A stretch of 64,000 bases of DNA from positions 64,001-128,000 of the forward strand of contig CBDUPA010000015.1 in assembly GCA_965368975.1 (NCBI GenBank), given 5' to 3'. The stretch comes from an uncultured bacterium. Its GTDB lineage: Bacteria; Acidobacteriota; Thermoanaerobaculia; Multivoradales; JAHZIX01. The translations under genes and the position numbers were made by a program. Shown here one piece after another: positions 62,824 to 64,000 of this stretch (the first letter of the stretch is position 1; the number at the start of each line of letters is the position of its first letter). The notes beneath the pieces were generated by a model that saw nothing but the letters and a program-made list of their open reading frames with translations, made no database searches and had not been told where the DNA came from.

Positions 62824-62934
62824 GCTCCTTGCTTGCCTCCTCCACAGCCGCCCCCGCGCAGTCTTTCGTGCACGCGCGGGTTTCGCTGCGCCGCGCAGTC
62901 TACACCCACGACGCCTCCATCGCCGGCACTGCTT

Positions 62935-62974
62935 TCGTCACCTCGCCGTCACACCGGCGTCGCCAGCGCGTAGC
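62935..62974 (+). promoter_or_regulatory. Pho-box-like 11-bp periodic direct repeats upstream of pstS
   Basis: GTCAC at 62937 and 62948, GTCGC at 62959, GTAGC at 62970. Confidence 0.55.
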
Positions 62975-63084
62975 GGCACCCACTTAGATTGGGTGTCGCT
63001 GAGGGCATCACTTCCATCCCATCCGAACCAACCTCGGCTTCATCCAACATCGAGCATCGGAAACGAAAGAGGAGATGACGCGTC

Positions 63085-64000
63085 ATGAAGAGGATTGTCC
63101 TTCTGTGTGCTGCGGCGCTGATCGTGCTGGCCGGCAGTGCCCAGGCCCAGCGTGACACCATTCGTATCGTGGGTTCGTCCACGGTCTACCCCTTCGCCAC
63201 CAAGGTCGCCGAGAACTTCGGCAAGAAGACGGACTTCCGCACCCCGGTCATCGAGAGCACCGGCTCCGGTGGCGGCCTCAAGCTTTTCTGTGCTGGCGTC
63301 GGCGTCGAGCACCCGGACATCACCAACGCTTCGCGTGCAATCAAGAGTTCGGAGGTCGAGGCCTGCCATACCAATGGCGTCACCGAGATCACTGAGGTCA
63401 AGATAGGCTACGACGGCATCGTGATCGCCAACTCGAAGAAGGCCCCGACCTTCCAGCTGACCCTGCAGCAGGTCTTCCTGGCGCTGGCCCAGCAGGTGCC
63501 CGGCGAGCGCGAAGGCGAGCTGATCGACAACCCCAACAGCACCTGGCGCGACGTCGACCCGAGCCTGCCCAACGTGCGCATCGAGGTCCTCGGCCCGCCG
63601 CCGACCTCCGGTACTCGCGACGCTTTCGTCGAGCTGGCGATGGAGGGCGGTTGCAAGACCTTCCCCTGGATCAAGGGACTCAAGGACTCGGACAAGAACC
63701 GCTACAAGGAAGTCTGCCACTCGATCCGCGAAGACGGGGCCTACGTCGAGGCCGGTGAGAACGACAACCTGATCGTGCAGAAGCTCGAAGCCAACCCGAA
63801 CGCCCTGGGCATCTTCGGCTACAGCTTCCTGGACCAGAACGCCGACAGGCTGCACGGCTCCGTCATCAGTGGTGTCGAGCCCACCTTCGACAACATCGCC
63901 AACGGCTCCTACCCGGTGTCACGCCCGCTGTTCTTCTACGTCAAGAAGGCTCACGCCGGCGTCATTCCCGGCATCGCCGAGTACGTGCGCGAGTTCACCA
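63085..64000 (+). CDS. pstS: Phosphate ABC transporter substrate-binding protein (3' end beyond window)
   Basis: Not in the ORF track because no stop falls in the window; MKRIVLL signal peptide, IVGSSTVYPF, STGSGGG, NASR, GYDGIV, PPTSGTRD, YPVSRPLFFY. Confidence 0.93.
   Translation, partial: MKRIVLLCAAALIVLAGSAQAQRDTIRIVGSSTVYPFATKVAENFGKKTDFRTPVIESTGSGGGLKLFCAGVGVEHPDITNASRAIKSSEVEACHTNGVTEITEVKIGYDGIVIANSKKAPTFQLTLQQVFLALAQQVPGEREGELIDNPNSTWRDVDPSLPNVRIEVLGPPPTSGTRDAFVELAMEGGCKTFPWIKGLKDSDKNRYKEVCHSIREDGAYVEAGENDNLIVQKLEANPNALGIFGYSFLDQNADRLHGSVISGVEPTFDNIANGSYPVSRPLFFYVKKAHAGVIPGIAEYVREFT

Overview
GC-rich bacterial chromosomal window, mostly coding. Tandem ADOP-type orphan permeases and the M23-secA arrangement suggest Acidobacteriota (inference). 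The housekeeping core holds hslO-metG-tatD-galE-like genes, radC, pdaD-speB-cdc48, M23-secA, a tetR-hydrolase pair, a complete trpEGDCFBA operon, arfB, copA, vapBC, addAB, a diguanylate cyclase, upp, an RND system and a partial pstS. The most striking signal is a small minus-strand locus at about 2.85-5.1 kb. It encodes a 138-aa ORF with a Trp/Tyr-rich segment after a Gly-Gly motif (GG-KASCG-WSESW-WNLSIWAYRY, resembling the darobactin and dynobactin cores). That ORF is followed by a perfect intergenic hairpin, a radical SAM/SPASM enzyme with DarE-like motifs and a small AAA ATPase, making it a candidate new darobactin/dynobactin-type RiPP system. Other notable items are a Mrr-like nuclease-STAND NTPase (possible anti-phage sensor), an HTH-citrate synthase fusion with a palindromic operator, a periplasmic-binding-protein-TolC fusion, a 2-phosphoglycerate kinase-ApgM mutase fusion divergent from pstS, and an SD-sequestering leader upstream of pdaD-speB. 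No rRNA, tRNA, CRISPR array or transposase was recognised. All family assignments come from motif recognition by eye; no database searches were run.
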